Below the pieces are notes generated by a model that worked only from the letters and a program-made list of their open reading frames with translations, searched no databases and had not been told where the DNA came from. 55,613 nt of DNA from Caulobacteraceae bacterium (GTDB taxonomy: Bacteria > Pseudomonadota > Alphaproteobacteria > Caulobacterales > Caulobacteraceae). The translations under genes and the position numbers were made by a program. The DNA lies in NCBI GenBank assembly GCA_043784385.1, contig JAYVYH010000136.1, positions 1 to 55,613 on the forward strand, in the 5' to 3' direction. Below are positions 40,007 through 50,074 of this stretch, in pieces. The stretch's first letter is position 1, and the number at the start of each line of letters is the position of its first letter.

Positions 40007-40762
40007 CTATTCTCCGGCGGATGTCGCGGCGACTGGAACGGAATGATCAAGGGTCGTCTCGCCTTGGTCATTGTCGGGTTCCAGAATCCGCCCGTCCTCG
40101 ATGTGGATGATCCGATCGGCAAAAGCCTCCAGACGAGGATCGTGGGTGACGCAGATCACGGCGGCGTTGTGCTCGACCGCCGCGCGGCGGAGAAGGCGGA
40201 TGACGATTTGGCCATTTTCGCCATCCAAGGCCGATGTCGGTTCGTCGGCGAACAACAGTGATGGCCGCTTGGCGATGGCGCGGGCTATGGCGATGCGCTG
40301 CTTTTCTCCGCCCGAGAGCTCGCTGGGCCGCTGATGCATGCGCGGCTTCAGCCCGACCTCATCAAGCGCCTCGATCGCGATGCGGCGGGACTCGGTTTTG
40401 TTGTGGCCCTGATACTTCAACACCATCGACACCTGTTGAAGCGCGGTTAAAGCTGGGAAAAGATTGAAGCCCTGGAAAATGAAACCACAATGATCAAGCC
40501 GGAAGCGGTCGATGCGGCGGGCGCCCCGGCCCCATAGGTCTTCGCCCAGGGCGCTGACTTGGCCTTCATCGGGTTTTAACAGGCCCGACAATACCGCGAT
40601 CAGCGTCGACTTTCCCGAGCCCGAAGGGCCCATGACCATGGTCACGTCGCCGTGCCTGGCATGAAAGTCGACGCCCTTCAGCACCGCGACCTCATTGCGC
40701 CCGGTCTTGAAGCGTTTGATAACGCCTCGCGCGGTCAGGGCCATGGCGACCGGCGCGGTCAT
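40007..40762 (-). CDS. ABC exporter ATPase (LolD/DevA-like)
   Basis: GPSGSGKST, LSGGEKQR, ADEPTSALD, VTHD. Confidence 0.93.
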   Translation of the reverse strand: MTAPVAMALTARGVIKRFKTGRNEVAVLKGVDFHARHGDVTMVMGPSGSGKSTLIAVLSGLLKPDEGQVSALGEDLWGRGARRIDRFRLDHCGFIFQGFNLFPALTALQQVSMVLKYQGHNKTESRRIAIEALDEVGLKPRMHQRPSELSGGEKQRIAIARAIAKRPSLLFADEPTSALDGENGQIVIRLLRRAAVEHNAAVICVTHDPRLEAFADRIIHIEDGRILEPDNDQGETTLDHSVPVAATSAGE

Positions 40763-41901
40763 CGCAGCAGATCCGCCGGCTGGCTGTGCTTGAGCACGCC
40801 CATGGCCAGAGCCCCGGACGCGATGGCGATAGCCATGAGCATCAGGCAAATCAGCAAGGCGGGTTGCGGTCGGATAAACAGCGGCAAGCCCGCTCCGGCC
40901 GCGGCCAAACAGGCGGCCCATGTGATCAAACCGGCCGCGCCTATTCCCGCGACACCAGCCCAGAACGACATTTCCACGACGATCCAGCGCAGAGACATCA
41001 TCGAAATGCCGAGGGCGCGAAGCGAAGCGAACTCGCGGATATTGGACAGTATCGCGCCGCGCAGGGTCTGGGAGGTGATACCCACGCCGATCAGCACCGA
41101 CATGATGGTCAGGAATACCAGCATCACGCCGACGATCTGCTGGGACATCACCGCGTCTTCATTGGCGCGGTTGAAGTCCGCGCGGGTCCAGGCGCGAAAT
41201 GTTCCATGGGCCGAAACATTGAGCTGGTCGCGGACGGCCTCGGCCGCCGCTGGGTTGTCGATTCGGACCATCAGCGGACCGGTGTCACCCGAGGTGTCGT
41301 TGCCTCGGCTCAGCCGACGCACCGTGTCCCGCGAGGCCGTGATCGCCGGCTGTTCGATGCTCTGGTAGTTGTGAAGGATCGCGCGGACCCAGACCGCGTG
41401 GCCGTTGACCGACGCCTTGTCGCCCAGCTTTACCCCAAGGGCGGCAAGATTGCTGGCGTCCACTGCGACGGCGCCCGGCTCCATCAGGGCTATCCTTTGC
41501 TCCTCGGTGTAGTCGACCGGCAGCGTGACCGCGTTTGGTAGGGGATCGACCGCCCAGACATTGACGAACTTCTGGGTCTGCTTGCCGTTCGGGCCAGGTG
41601 AATTTACCCAGGAGCCAAAGGCTTCCTCCAGACTTCTCACCTCGATCACGTGCGGATTGAGGAAGATCTGCGGCTGAATCCGCGCGGGTAGATTGACGTT
41701 GGAATTCACCATGCTGGCGACCTTGACCGGCAGGATGAACAGATCGGCGCGCGAGCGCTCGGTGGTCGCGAAATCCGAATGGATGATGCCGGTGAACAGG
41801 CCCAGCATGACCAGGACCATCATGCCCGAGAAAGCCAACGCCACCACGGCGGCCATATAACGCCGCCACTCATAGATCAGGGTCGAAAGAGCTAGGGACA
41901 A
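40759..41901 (-). CDS. FtsX/MacB/DevC-like ABC permease
   Basis: N-terminal TM, periplasmic domain, REFASLRALG, three C-terminal TMs. Confidence 0.9.
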   Translation of the reverse strand: MSLALSTLIYEWRRYMAAVVALAFSGMMVLVMLGLFTGIIHSDFATTERSRADLFILPVKVASMVNSNVNLPARIQPQIFLNPHVIEVRSLEEAFGSWVNSPGPNGKQTQKFVNVWAVDPLPNAVTLPVDYTEEQRIALMEPGAVAVDASNLAALGVKLGDKASVNGHAVWVRAILHNYQSIEQPAITASRDTVRRLSRGNDTSGDTGPLMVRIDNPAAAEAVRDQLNVSAHGTFRAWTRADFNRANEDAVMSQQIVGVMLVFLTIMSVLIGVGITSQTLRGAILSNIREFASLRALGISMMSLRWIVVEMSFWAGVAGIGAAGLITWAACLAAAGAGLPLFIRPQPALLICLMLMAIAIASGALAMGVLKHSQPADLLR

Positions 41902-41902
41902 T

Positions 41903-43357
41903 TCAGCCCTCCGCCCCGTCGTGGGCCCAGCCGCCGCCGAGCGCCTTGTAGGTTCGCACCGCGCGGCGCAGCGTATCGATGCGCTCGGCGCTCAGGGCCG
42001 AGTGGATCGCGCGCCACGACTGTTCGGCGCTCAGCATGGCGGTCAGGTCGCCCAGGCCTTGAGCGTAGCGCCTGCGCGCGCCGTCGTAGGCCCGCGCCGA
42101 ACTCGCCTCGCCACCCACCAGCAGCGCGGTGGCCCGCACGCCCGCCCCAAGGTCGGTGAGAGCGTTCTCGGCCTCTCCGAAGGCGGTCCGCACGGTTTTT
42201 TCATAGGCGATGGCGGCCTGGCGGGATCGGGCGTCCTCGGCGCGAGCTTGTTGCAGCAATCGCGGTATATCCAGAGTTGGTGTGGTAATCCCCGCAGCCA
42301 GGCTCCAGAACCCGGAAGTCGTCGTCTGTTGGGTGGAGATCAGGGTGCTGGGCGGAATATAGGAGACGCCCGGCGCGGCGATGCTGGAAAGTCCAAGTCC
42401 CGGCAGCAGGGTGATGGTTGGAAATACGGCGAGGTGAGCCAGCCTGGCCACTCCCAGTTCTGAACGGAGCCGGAATTCAGCCTCCCGGATGTCCGGCCGT
42501 CTCGAAAGCAGTTCGGCGGGTAAAACCGTGGGTGCGGAAGGCGGCTCGGGGGGGGTGTTGGCGAGGGGGGGATCCTTGAGGGCGTCGAGGTTTCGACCGA
42601 CCAGAATCAGCAACAGCCGCCGGCTGGCCGCCAGCTGGGATTCGATGTCCGCAAGCTGGGCTTCGGCGTGGCTAGATTCGCCGCCCACCCGGTCGATATC
42701 GTCGGGTGGGCCGGCGCCGGCCGCGGACTTCCGGCGCGCCACGTTCAGCAGATTGTTCTGAATACGCAGTGTTTCGTGCGCGTCCTGAGCCTGGATCGTC
42801 AGGCCCAGGACCTGGAAGTAGGCGTCGGCGACGCCCGCAGCGAGGCTGGCGCGGGTTCCCTCGACATTGAACCGCGCCTCGGCGGCATCGGCGTTGGCCA
42901 CGCGGCGCGCCACGGCGAGCCGGCCGAACAAATCGAGTTCCCAGGAAATATTGAAATTGCCGGACACCGCATCCGTGATCCCGCTGGTGGGATTGAGATC
43001 GTTGCCGGGGCCACCGAGTTCATAGACCTTCTCGCGGCTGACGTTTCCGGAAATCGATCCGGTCGGCAGTGTCTTGGCCTTCTGAGCTGACCGTGTCGCC
43101 CAGGCCTCGAGGATGCGTGCGGCCACGGTGCGGGCATCCGAAGCGTTGACGAGCGCCTCGTCTTCGAGAGCATTCAGATTTATATCGCCGAACAGCAGCC
43201 ACCAGCGGTCGAGTGCGGTGGGGGCGAGAGCCGAACCGGGTCGGGGTGTCTCATAGCTGTCGGGCATCCGAACGGGCGGAATTGGGGCGTTGGTAGCCGC
43301 CACCGACGATGTCGATAGGGCGAGCACGGCCATAAGGAGGCGGCGATAAGACCTCAC
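41903..43357 (-). CDS. outer membrane efflux factor (NodT/TolC)
   Basis: WWLLFGD..LN.L, SWELDLFGR, LL.RRPDI, YKALGGGW. Confidence 0.93.
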   Translation of the reverse strand: MRSYRRLLMAVLALSTSSVAATNAPIPPVRMPDSYETPRPGSALAPTALDRWWLLFGDINLNALEDEALVNASDARTVAARILEAWATRSAQKAKTLPTGSISGNVSREKVYELGGPGNDLNPTSGITDAVSGNFNISWELDLFGRLAVARRVANADAAEARFNVEGTRASLAAGVADAYFQVLGLTIQAQDAHETLRIQNNLLNVARRKSAAGAGPPDDIDRVGGESSHAEAQLADIESQLAASRRLLLILVGRNLDALKDPPLANTPPEPPSAPTVLPAELLSRRPDIREAEFRLRSELGVARLAHLAVFPTITLLPGLGLSSIAAPGVSYIPPSTLISTQQTTTSGFWSLAAGITTPTLDIPRLLQQARAEDARSRQAAIAYEKTVRTAFGEAENALTDLGAGVRATALLVGGEASSARAYDGARRRYAQGLGDLTAMLSAEQSWRAIHSALSAERIDTLRRAVRTYKALGGGWAHDGAEG

Positions 43358-43581
43358 TAGATCGCGCCGGGAATGTGAGGGTCTAGTTTCAAAATTGGGC
43401 GCTCTCGTGAGGACGGAACCCCCATACGATGGCTGACCATCCGGCCGCTGCGCCAGTTACATTTTATTTATTATCTCGATGACCTGGGTCCGAGGTCGGT
43501 TTTTATTTTAGTTTCAACGCTAGGTTCCGATTAAGACTTCCATGCTGGACAGCGCAGGGGGAGTCAGGTTGAACCCTACCC

Positions 43582-45831
43582 ATGAACGAACGCGTACCGC
43601 CGCCACCGTCCGATGACGGCGGCCGAATCCTTGATGAGTCGCTGAACGACGCCCTGTCGCGGCGCTACCTCGCCTATGCGCTATCGACGATCACCCAGCG
43701 CGCCTTGCCGGATGTTCGCGACGGCCTGAAACCCGTTCATCGTCGCCTGCTCTACGCCATGCGGTTGCTGAAACTTGATCCAAACACCTCGGCAAAGAAG
43801 TCGGCCCGGGTGGTTGGCGACGTCATCGGCAAATATCATCCCCATGGCGATGTCGCGGTCTATGACGCCTTGGTGCGCTTGGCTCAGGACTTCGCGCAGC
43901 GCTACCGGCTGATCGACGGTCAGGGCAATTTCGGCAATATCGACGGCGATAACGCCGCCGCTATGCGCTACACTGAATGCCGCCTGACCGACGCCGCGCA
44001 GCTGCTGCTGGATGGGATCGACGAGGACGCTGTCGATCTTCGCCCTACCTATGACGGTGAGGAGGAAGAGCCGGTGGTTCTGCCGGCCGGGTTCCCGAAT
44101 CTTCTGGCCAATGGGTCCTCGGGCATCGCGGTGGGCATGGCCACATCGATCCCGCCGCACAACGCCGCCGAGTTGATCGACGCCTGCCTGCTGTTGCTCA
44201 AGGCTCCCCGAACCACCACGGCCGAGCTGATGGCCCACGTCCAGGGTCCGGACTTTCCCACCGGCGGGGTGATCGTCGAGCCCGCTTCCTCGATGCTGGA
44301 GACCTATGAGACGGGCAGGGGTGGGGTTCGCCTCCGCGCGCGCTGGGCCAGGGAGGACACGGGCAGGGGAGGGTGGCGCATCATCGTCACCGAAGTGCCC
44401 TATCAGGTGAAAAAGGCCGATCTGGTGGAGCAGCTGGCCAGCCTGCTGGAAAACAAGAAGGCCCCGCTACTGGGCGATGTGCGCGACGAGTCAGCCGAGG
44501 ATATCCGCCTGGTGATCGAGCCTCGCGCCCGCAACGTCGAGCCTGAGGTGCTGATGGAGAGCCTGTTCAAGCTCTCCGACCTGGAGACGCGCTTCCCCGT
44601 CAATATGAACGTGCTCAACGCCCGTGGCGCGCCCGTGGTGATGGGGCTGAAGGCCGCCCTAGTGGCCTTCCTCGATCACCGGCGGGAGGTGCTGCTGCGG
44701 CGAACCCGCTTCCGGCTCGCCAAGATCGAAGCGCGGCTGCATATCCTCGAAGGCCTGCTGATCGTCTTTCTCAACCTGGACGAGGTGATCCGCATTGTCC
44801 GTTTCGAGGACGAATCCAAGGCCAAGCTGGTCGCCGCCTTCGACCTGACCGACATCCAGGCCGAAGCGATCCTTAACACCCGTCTGCGCCAACTGGCCCG
44901 GCTCGAAGAGATGGAGCTGCGCCGCGAGCATGAGACGCTCTCGAAAGAACGCGACGGTCTCAACACGGTTCTCAACTCCGAAGCCGAACAGTGGAAGCGC
45001 GTGGGCGCCGGCCTGAGAGAAGCGCTCAAGATTCTGGGTCCCAAGACAGCCGTGGGCGCCCGACGGTCCACCTTCAACACCCCGCCCCTGATCGACGCCG
45101 CCGCCACGCTGGAGGCCCTGGTGGCCCGAGAGCCCATCACGGTGATCGTCTCCGAGCGCGGTTGGATTCGCGCCGCCAAGGGACGCATCGAGGACCCGCA
45201 CGCGCTCAGTTTCAAGGAGGGCGATAAGCTCGGCTTCGCGGTTCCCGCCGAAACAACCGACAAACTGCTGCTGTTCGCCTCTGACGGCCGGTTCTTTACT
45301 CTGGCCTGCGACAAGCTGCCATCGGCGCGAGGGCAGGGCGAGCCGTTGCGGCTGATGATCGACCTGGACGACAAGGTGGCGATACTGGCCGTGTTCCCGC
45401 ACAAACCGGGGCGCCTCCGCCTGTTGGCGTCCAAGGGCGGCTATGGTTTCATAATGAATGAGGATGAGGCAGTGGCTTTCCGCAAGGCCGGGAAACAGGT
45501 GTTGAACGTTGACGGGGAGGCCGCCGCTCTATGCCTGGAAGTGGCCGGCGATCACCTCGCCATCATCGGTGACAATGGCAAGATCCTGATTTTTCCCGTT
45601 TCGGAATTGCCCACCATGCCGCGGGGCAAAGGGGTCAAGCTGCAGAGCTATCGGGAGGGTGGTCTTCGCGACGGCGTCATGTTTAACGCCGCCGATGGCG
45701 CCGGCTGGATTGACGGCAGTGGCCGTCGACGCGCCTGGATCGAGTGGCGTGAATGGCTCGCCCGCCGCGCGTCCGCCGGACGCTCGGCCCCACGAGGCTT
45801 TGCCGCTAATCGCAGGTTTTCTCCCGGTTAA
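43582..45831 (+). CDS. parC: DNA topoisomerase IV subunit A
   Basis: RALPDVRDGLKPVHRR, KYHPHGD, AAMRYTE; 749 aa with short CTD. Confidence 0.96.
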   Translation: MNERVPPPPSDDGGRILDESLNDALSRRYLAYALSTITQRALPDVRDGLKPVHRRLLYAMRLLKLDPNTSAKKSARVVGDVIGKYHPHGDVAVYDALVRLAQDFAQRYRLIDGQGNFGNIDGDNAAAMRYTECRLTDAAQLLLDGIDEDAVDLRPTYDGEEEEPVVLPAGFPNLLANGSSGIAVGMATSIPPHNAAELIDACLLLLKAPRTTTAELMAHVQGPDFPTGGVIVEPASSMLETYETGRGGVRLRARWAREDTGRGGWRIIVTEVPYQVKKADLVEQLASLLENKKAPLLGDVRDESAEDIRLVIEPRARNVEPEVLMESLFKLSDLETRFPVNMNVLNARGAPVVMGLKAALVAFLDHRREVLLRRTRFRLAKIEARLHILEGLLIVFLNLDEVIRIVRFEDESKAKLVAAFDLTDIQAEAILNTRLRQLARLEEMELRREHETLSKERDGLNTVLNSEAEQWKRVGAGLREALKILGPKTAVGARRSTFNTPPLIDAAATLEALVAREPITVIVSERGWIRAAKGRIEDPHALSFKEGDKLGFAVPAETTDKLLLFASDGRFFTLACDKLPSARGQGEPLRLMIDLDDKVAILAVFPHKPGRLRLLASKGGYGFIMNEDEAVAFRKAGKQVLNVDGEAAALCLEVAGDHLAIIGDNGKILIFPVSELPTMPRGKGVKLQSYREGGLRDGVMFNAADGAGWIDGSGRRRAWIEWREWLARRASAGRSAPRGFAANRRFSPG

Positions 45832-45849
45832 GTTCCAAGGACGCCACCC

Positions 45850-46489
45850 ATGATCATCAGCAAGCCGACAGACTACGGCCTGGATGGCAAGCCGCATCAG
45901 GGATTGTTGATGTATGACGACGCGCAAGCCACGCTAGGCCCGACCGTGTTGGCGTTTCACGCCTGGGACGGCCGGTCCGAGGCGCACGACATGTTCGCCC
46001 ACCGCCTGGCGGCCCTGGGCTGGACCGCATTTTCCGTCGATCTCTATGGAAAGGGCGTGGTCGGAAACACCTCAGGTGGTCGCGGCGCTACCCGAGGTGA
46101 ACGCGACGAGGATGGCGGCCATCGGCTTCTGCTTCGGCGGGCTCTGCGTGTTAGATCTGGCCCGCGCCGGTGCACCACTTAAGGGTGTCGCTAGTTTCCA
46201 TGGCCTGTTCATACCGCCCGGCTTGCCGCTGGTGACGCCGATCGTCCCCAAGGTGATTGCCTATCATGGCTGGTCGGAACCGATGGCCAAGCCCGATTCG
46301 GTGGTGGCTTTCGGCGAGGAATTCACCGCCGCCGGCGCCGACTGGCAGCTGCATGGTTTTGGAGGCGCGCTGCACGCGTTCATGAACGAAGGCGCCAACA
46401 TGCCGCAGATGGGTATTCTCTATGACGCCAAGGTTGCGAAACGCGCCTGGGACGGCATGGCGGGATTCCGGACCGAAGTGCTCGCCTAA
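45850..46489 (+). pseudogene. dienelactone hydrolase family, frameshifting deletion near 46070
   Basis: N-half (HAWDG...VDLYGKG) and C-half (GFCFGG, SFHG, HAF) are in different frames and the central helices are missing. Confidence 0.85.
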
Positions 46490-46974
46490 CTCTCACCCCA
46501 GCGGGCCTTACCGTCGCGCAGCAGGGCCAGAAACTCATCCGTTCCAGGGCCGAACCGCGGCCAGATCACATTGGCCTTGGCGTCGAACACACCCTGGCCC
46601 TTGGGTTCAATGGCCGCCATGTGAAGTTTGCTGCGGGCGTGGACCAGCACCAAATGGAAGCGCGCCATGTCTTTCCAGGCCCAGGCGCGAGTAGCGCCGT
46701 CCATCTCCAGCGTCACGCCGTTCCGGTCGAACGTGAGCCGATCTGTCTTACGTTGCGTCTCCACAATGCCGAACACGCAGGCGCCGACCATGAACAGGAA
46801 CGACAGGGTCGAGACCAGACCTTTGGTGTAGAAGACCTCAAGCGGCCACTTTGCCTGCAGTTCGAAAACGACCGCAAAAGTCATTTCCAACGCAATGATC
46901 AGGGCGAAGACCATGGTCGGCGCCAGCTTCTTGGGTCGAAACTCCAGTGGCAGGTCGTCGAGCGAATGTGTCAT
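46486..46974 (-). CDS. hypothetical two-TM protein with PH-like soluble tail
   Basis: Two hydrophobic helices, then LTFDRNGV...WAWKDM. Confidence 0.6.
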   Translation of the reverse strand: MTHSLDDLPLEFRPKKLAPTMVFALIIALEMTFAVVFELQAKWPLEVFYTKGLVSTLSFLFMVGACVFGIVETQRKTDRLTFDRNGVTLEMDGATRAWAWKDMARFHLVLVHARSKLHMAAIEPKGQGVFDAKANVIWPRFGPGTDEFLALLRDGKARWGES

Positions 46975-47071
46975 CGTGCCTTAGCCGTCCCGGCGGATCG
47001 AAAATCGAGATGGCGCACATAGCATAGGGCGGGCCAGCGGAGCTATCGACACGAGACCGCGACGTCCGAAT

Positions 47072-47099
47072 TTCGCGCCTAAGATGTATTATCGGAAAT
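47072..47099. other. dif/Xer-like site candidate
   Basis: TTCGCGCCTAA-GATGTA-TTATCGGAAAT has the 11-6-11 layout with TAA/TTAT inner ends. Confidence 0.4.
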
Positions 47100-47189
47100 T
47101 ATAGACCGGTTTATCGATCTGGCCCCGATCGACGCCGAGGTTTACGATCGCGTTCCATGCAGGCCCTATCCCGGCTCAGTTTATGAATT

Positions 47190-48213
47190 TGGTATCGCGT
47201 CCTGGAGTTACTGCGCGGCGCGGCGGAAAACACGCTTGGCGACCGTCTGGCGCGCGACGGCATGGCCTCTACCTTCTGGGCTGGCCCCAGACGGCGGAAC
47301 GATCCGGTAGAAATCACCCTGTCCGTGTCCTTGGCGGACCCGGACGCCCGCGATCGGCGTTCGGTCTTCGAATATGAGGTGGTTACTGGCTTTTCGGCAA
47401 AATACGCGGCCGCGACGTTTGAGGACGAGCCGCAGATCAAACGGGAGACGCTCAGCCAGGTCATCTGCGGCCGCAGAGTTCGGTTGGTCGAGCGCAAGGG
47501 CCATTCCCTGACGGCGCGCGACGAAACGGGCCACCCGACCGACGTTGCGATCGACCTGCTGGCTTCGGAAACCATGCTCGGCCGCCTCGAAGACCCGTCG
47601 CGCTATCCGGTGTTGGATCTGGTCCGCCGCACGTTGCTTGGATGGCGGTTCTATCATGACCTTCGCACCGACACCGAGGCGCCGCTGCGCCGGCCGTGCG
47701 CGGCGCTCGCGACCCCAAATCTGGCGTCGGATGGATCCAATCTGGCGGCGGTGTTCGCCACCCTGGCTCATATCCGGGAGGATACCGCCGATCTGAACGC
47801 GGCGATCGAGGCGGCGTTTCCGGGTGCGCGGCTGGTGATCCCGAAGCCCGGCCGCACCGCCAATTTTGGAATGATCTTCCAAGAATTTCCGTTGAGAACC
47901 TTCGAATTATCGGAACTTTCCGATGGCTCCTTGAAGTTCCTGGCCCTGGCCGGCGCCTTGCTGGCCTATCGACTGCCGCCGTTTGTCGCCCTGAACGAGC
48001 CTGCACCCGAGCCTGATGGAACCCCTGGCGAGACTGGTAGTGAAGGCTTCACGGCTAACCCAAATCTGGCTGGTCACCCACTCCGATCGCCTCGCGGACG
48101 CCGTGGGCGCCAGTGGCGAGGGCCACGTGCGCACGGTCAAGCGACTCGATGGAGCGACCTGGATCGATGGGCTGACCCGCTTTGGCGGATTCACTGACGA
48201 TGATGAGGATTGA
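47190..48213 (+). pseudogene. ABC/SMC-type AAA ATPase (COG4637-like), 5'-truncated and frameshifted near 48000
   Basis: WRFYH, ELSDGSL, ALNEP; LHP..MEPL...VTHS continues in another frame; Walker A region absent. Confidence 0.8.
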
Positions 48214-48222
48214 GCAGGCTGC

Positions 48223-48654
48223 CTATAGCCTTCCCGGCTCCTGAGCCGGGTAATGCGGCGCGGTGTCGTCGCGGCTCCAGGCGGGTTCGCCGCCGGTATG
48301 GGTGTGGGCCTCGATCCTGAGGTCGTCCGGTGGATCGTCCAACACGCCAAGCCGCAAGCGCACCTGATCGGGCTTCGCCGCCAGCTTGGACCATAGTGGC
48401 GATCCACAAGTCCCGCAGAATGCACGGATTTTTCCTGGTGAGGATTCGAATGCCCGAATCTGCCCTTCGCCACACTCGATGGTTAGTTCGCTTACCAGGA
48501 TCGGGGCGACGGCGGCGGCGTAGCCCTGGGCCTTTCGGCATTGACCGCAATGGCAGACTGTCACCGCGCCCATTCTGCCGCCCAGCGGTCCGGCGTAGGT
48601 GAACCTCACACCTTCGCAGAGGCATCCGCCACTCAGAACTATGTCCGCTGTCAT
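48223..48654 (-). CDS. GFA/CENP-V family Zn protein
   Basis: GGCLCEGV, CHCGQCRK, RAFCGTCGSPL. Confidence 0.92.
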   Translation of the reverse strand: MTADIVLSGGCLCEGVRFTYAGPLGGRMGAVTVCHCGQCRKAQGYAAAVAPILVSELTIECGEGQIRAFESSPGKIRAFCGTCGSPLWSKLAAKPDQVRLRLGVLDDPPDDLRIEAHTHTGGEPAWSRDDTAPHYPAQEPGRL

Positions 48655-49247
48655 CCGATCTCCGAAAGCCTTAACTCACCCATGGTAATGCGTTGTAAGG
48701 TTTTGACAAAAAGCCCGGGTTCGGTAGTTGTGACCCGTTTCTCGACGTCTGCCGGGGTATCGCTAGGCTCTATCGGCACTCGCGCCTGTGCGACGACGGC
48801 GCCGTGGTCGTATTGGTCATCCACCAAGTGAACGGTTGCGCCGGATTCACGCTCGCCGGCGGCGACAACAGCCTCATGCACGCGTCGGCCATACATCCCC
48901 TGCCCGCCGTATTTGGGCAGCAGGGCGGGATGAATATTCAAGATCTGGCCGGGAAACGCTTTCAGGGTCGCGGGGCCTAGTTTGCGCAGATAGCCAGAAA
49001 GAATGACCAGATCGGCGCCGGCATCCTTTAACGCGGCGGCCAGCCTTGCGTCCGCGCCGACTGGATCGGCTGTCGTTGGGATGACCATTGTTTCGATGCC
49101 GTGGTCGCGAGCGAACGCCAGGGCCAGCGCGCCCTTGCGGTTACTGACCACCAGTACGGGATGGGCCGCCAGATTGCCGGCCTCGACGGCGGCGACGATG
49201 GCTCTTAGGCCGCTACCGTTGTTCGAAGCCAGAAAAGCTAGATTCAT
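48651..49247 (-). CDS. purN: phosphoribosylglycinamide formyltransferase
   Basis: ASNNGS, LSGYL, NIHPALLP, SGATVHLV..YDHG. Confidence 0.9.
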   Translation of the reverse strand: MNLAFLASNNGSGLRAIVAAVEAGNLAAHPVLVVSNRKGALALAFARDHGIETMVIPTTADPVGADARLAAALKDAGADLVILSGYLRKLGPATLKAFPGQILNIHPALLPKYGGQGMYGRRVHEAVVAAGERESGATVHLVDDQYDHGAVVAQARVPIEPSDTPADVEKRVTTTEPGLFVKTLQRITMGELRLSEIG

Positions 49248-50074
49248 CAGTTATTTCCAGCCGAAATTTCAACACTGATCGCCATGCCGTCATACGCCGG
49301 TTCGACCCCCGGCGGCAGACGCCCCTTCAGCTCTTCGTAGTCAAGATCGATATGCAAATTGGTCAGGATCGCCCGCTTGGGTTTCACTCGCGCGATCCAT
49401 TCAAGCGCCCGATCGACATGCGCATGGGTTGGGTGGGGCGTGTAGCGCAGGGCGTCGACGATCCAAACGTCGAGCCCGCCCAACGCGGCGAACGCCTCCG
49501 GCGGCAGATCCACCACGTCGCTGGAATAGGCAAGATTAGCAAAACGATAGCCGACACTTCTTACACCGCCGTGATCCTGGTCGAAGGTGACGACAGGTAT
49601 CGGTCCGGAAGGCCCAGTCACGCTCCAGGCCGTACCGTGGGGCGGAACGTCGTGGATATCGGCGATCGCGGGATAATAGCCCTCACCCTCGAAGATATAG
49701 CCAAACCGCCGCATCAGATTTAGGCGGGTTGGCACGTCCATCCAGCAGCCGATTCGAGCCCGCTGGGCCAGAGCGAAGGCGCGGATGTCGTCGATACCGT
49801 GGGCCTGGTCGGCGTGATCGTGGGTCATCAGCAGGCCGTCCAGCCGCCGTACGCCCGCGGCCGAGGTTTGCAGGCGAAACTCGGGCGAGGCATCCACCAC
49901 CACCGTCGTCTGTTTGGCCGCCCCCTCCTCCGACAACCTGCGAACCATCAGCGAACATCGTGACCGCTGATTCAGCGGATTGGCGGGGTCACAGACCCCC
50001 CAGTTACCATCGGCGCGCGGCACGCCGCCGGACGAACCCGACCCCAGGATCACAACCTCCAATTCAGCGGTCAT
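49247..50074 (-). CDS. MBL-fold hydrolase (PhnP-like)
   Basis: LGSGSSGGVP, THDHADQAHGIDD, HPTH, PAYDG. Confidence 0.92.
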   Translation of the reverse strand: MTAELEVVILGSGSSGGVPRADGNWGVCDPANPLNQRSRCSLMVRRLSEEGAAKQTTVVVDASPEFRLQTSAAGVRRLDGLLMTHDHADQAHGIDDIRAFALAQRARIGCWMDVPTRLNLMRRFGYIFEGEGYYPAIADIHDVPPHGTAWSVTGPSGPIPVVTFDQDHGGVRSVGYRFANLAYSSDVVDLPPEAFAALGGLDVWIVDALRYTPHPTHAHVDRALEWIARVKPKRAILTNLHIDLDYEELKGRLPPGVEPAYDGMAISVEISAGNN

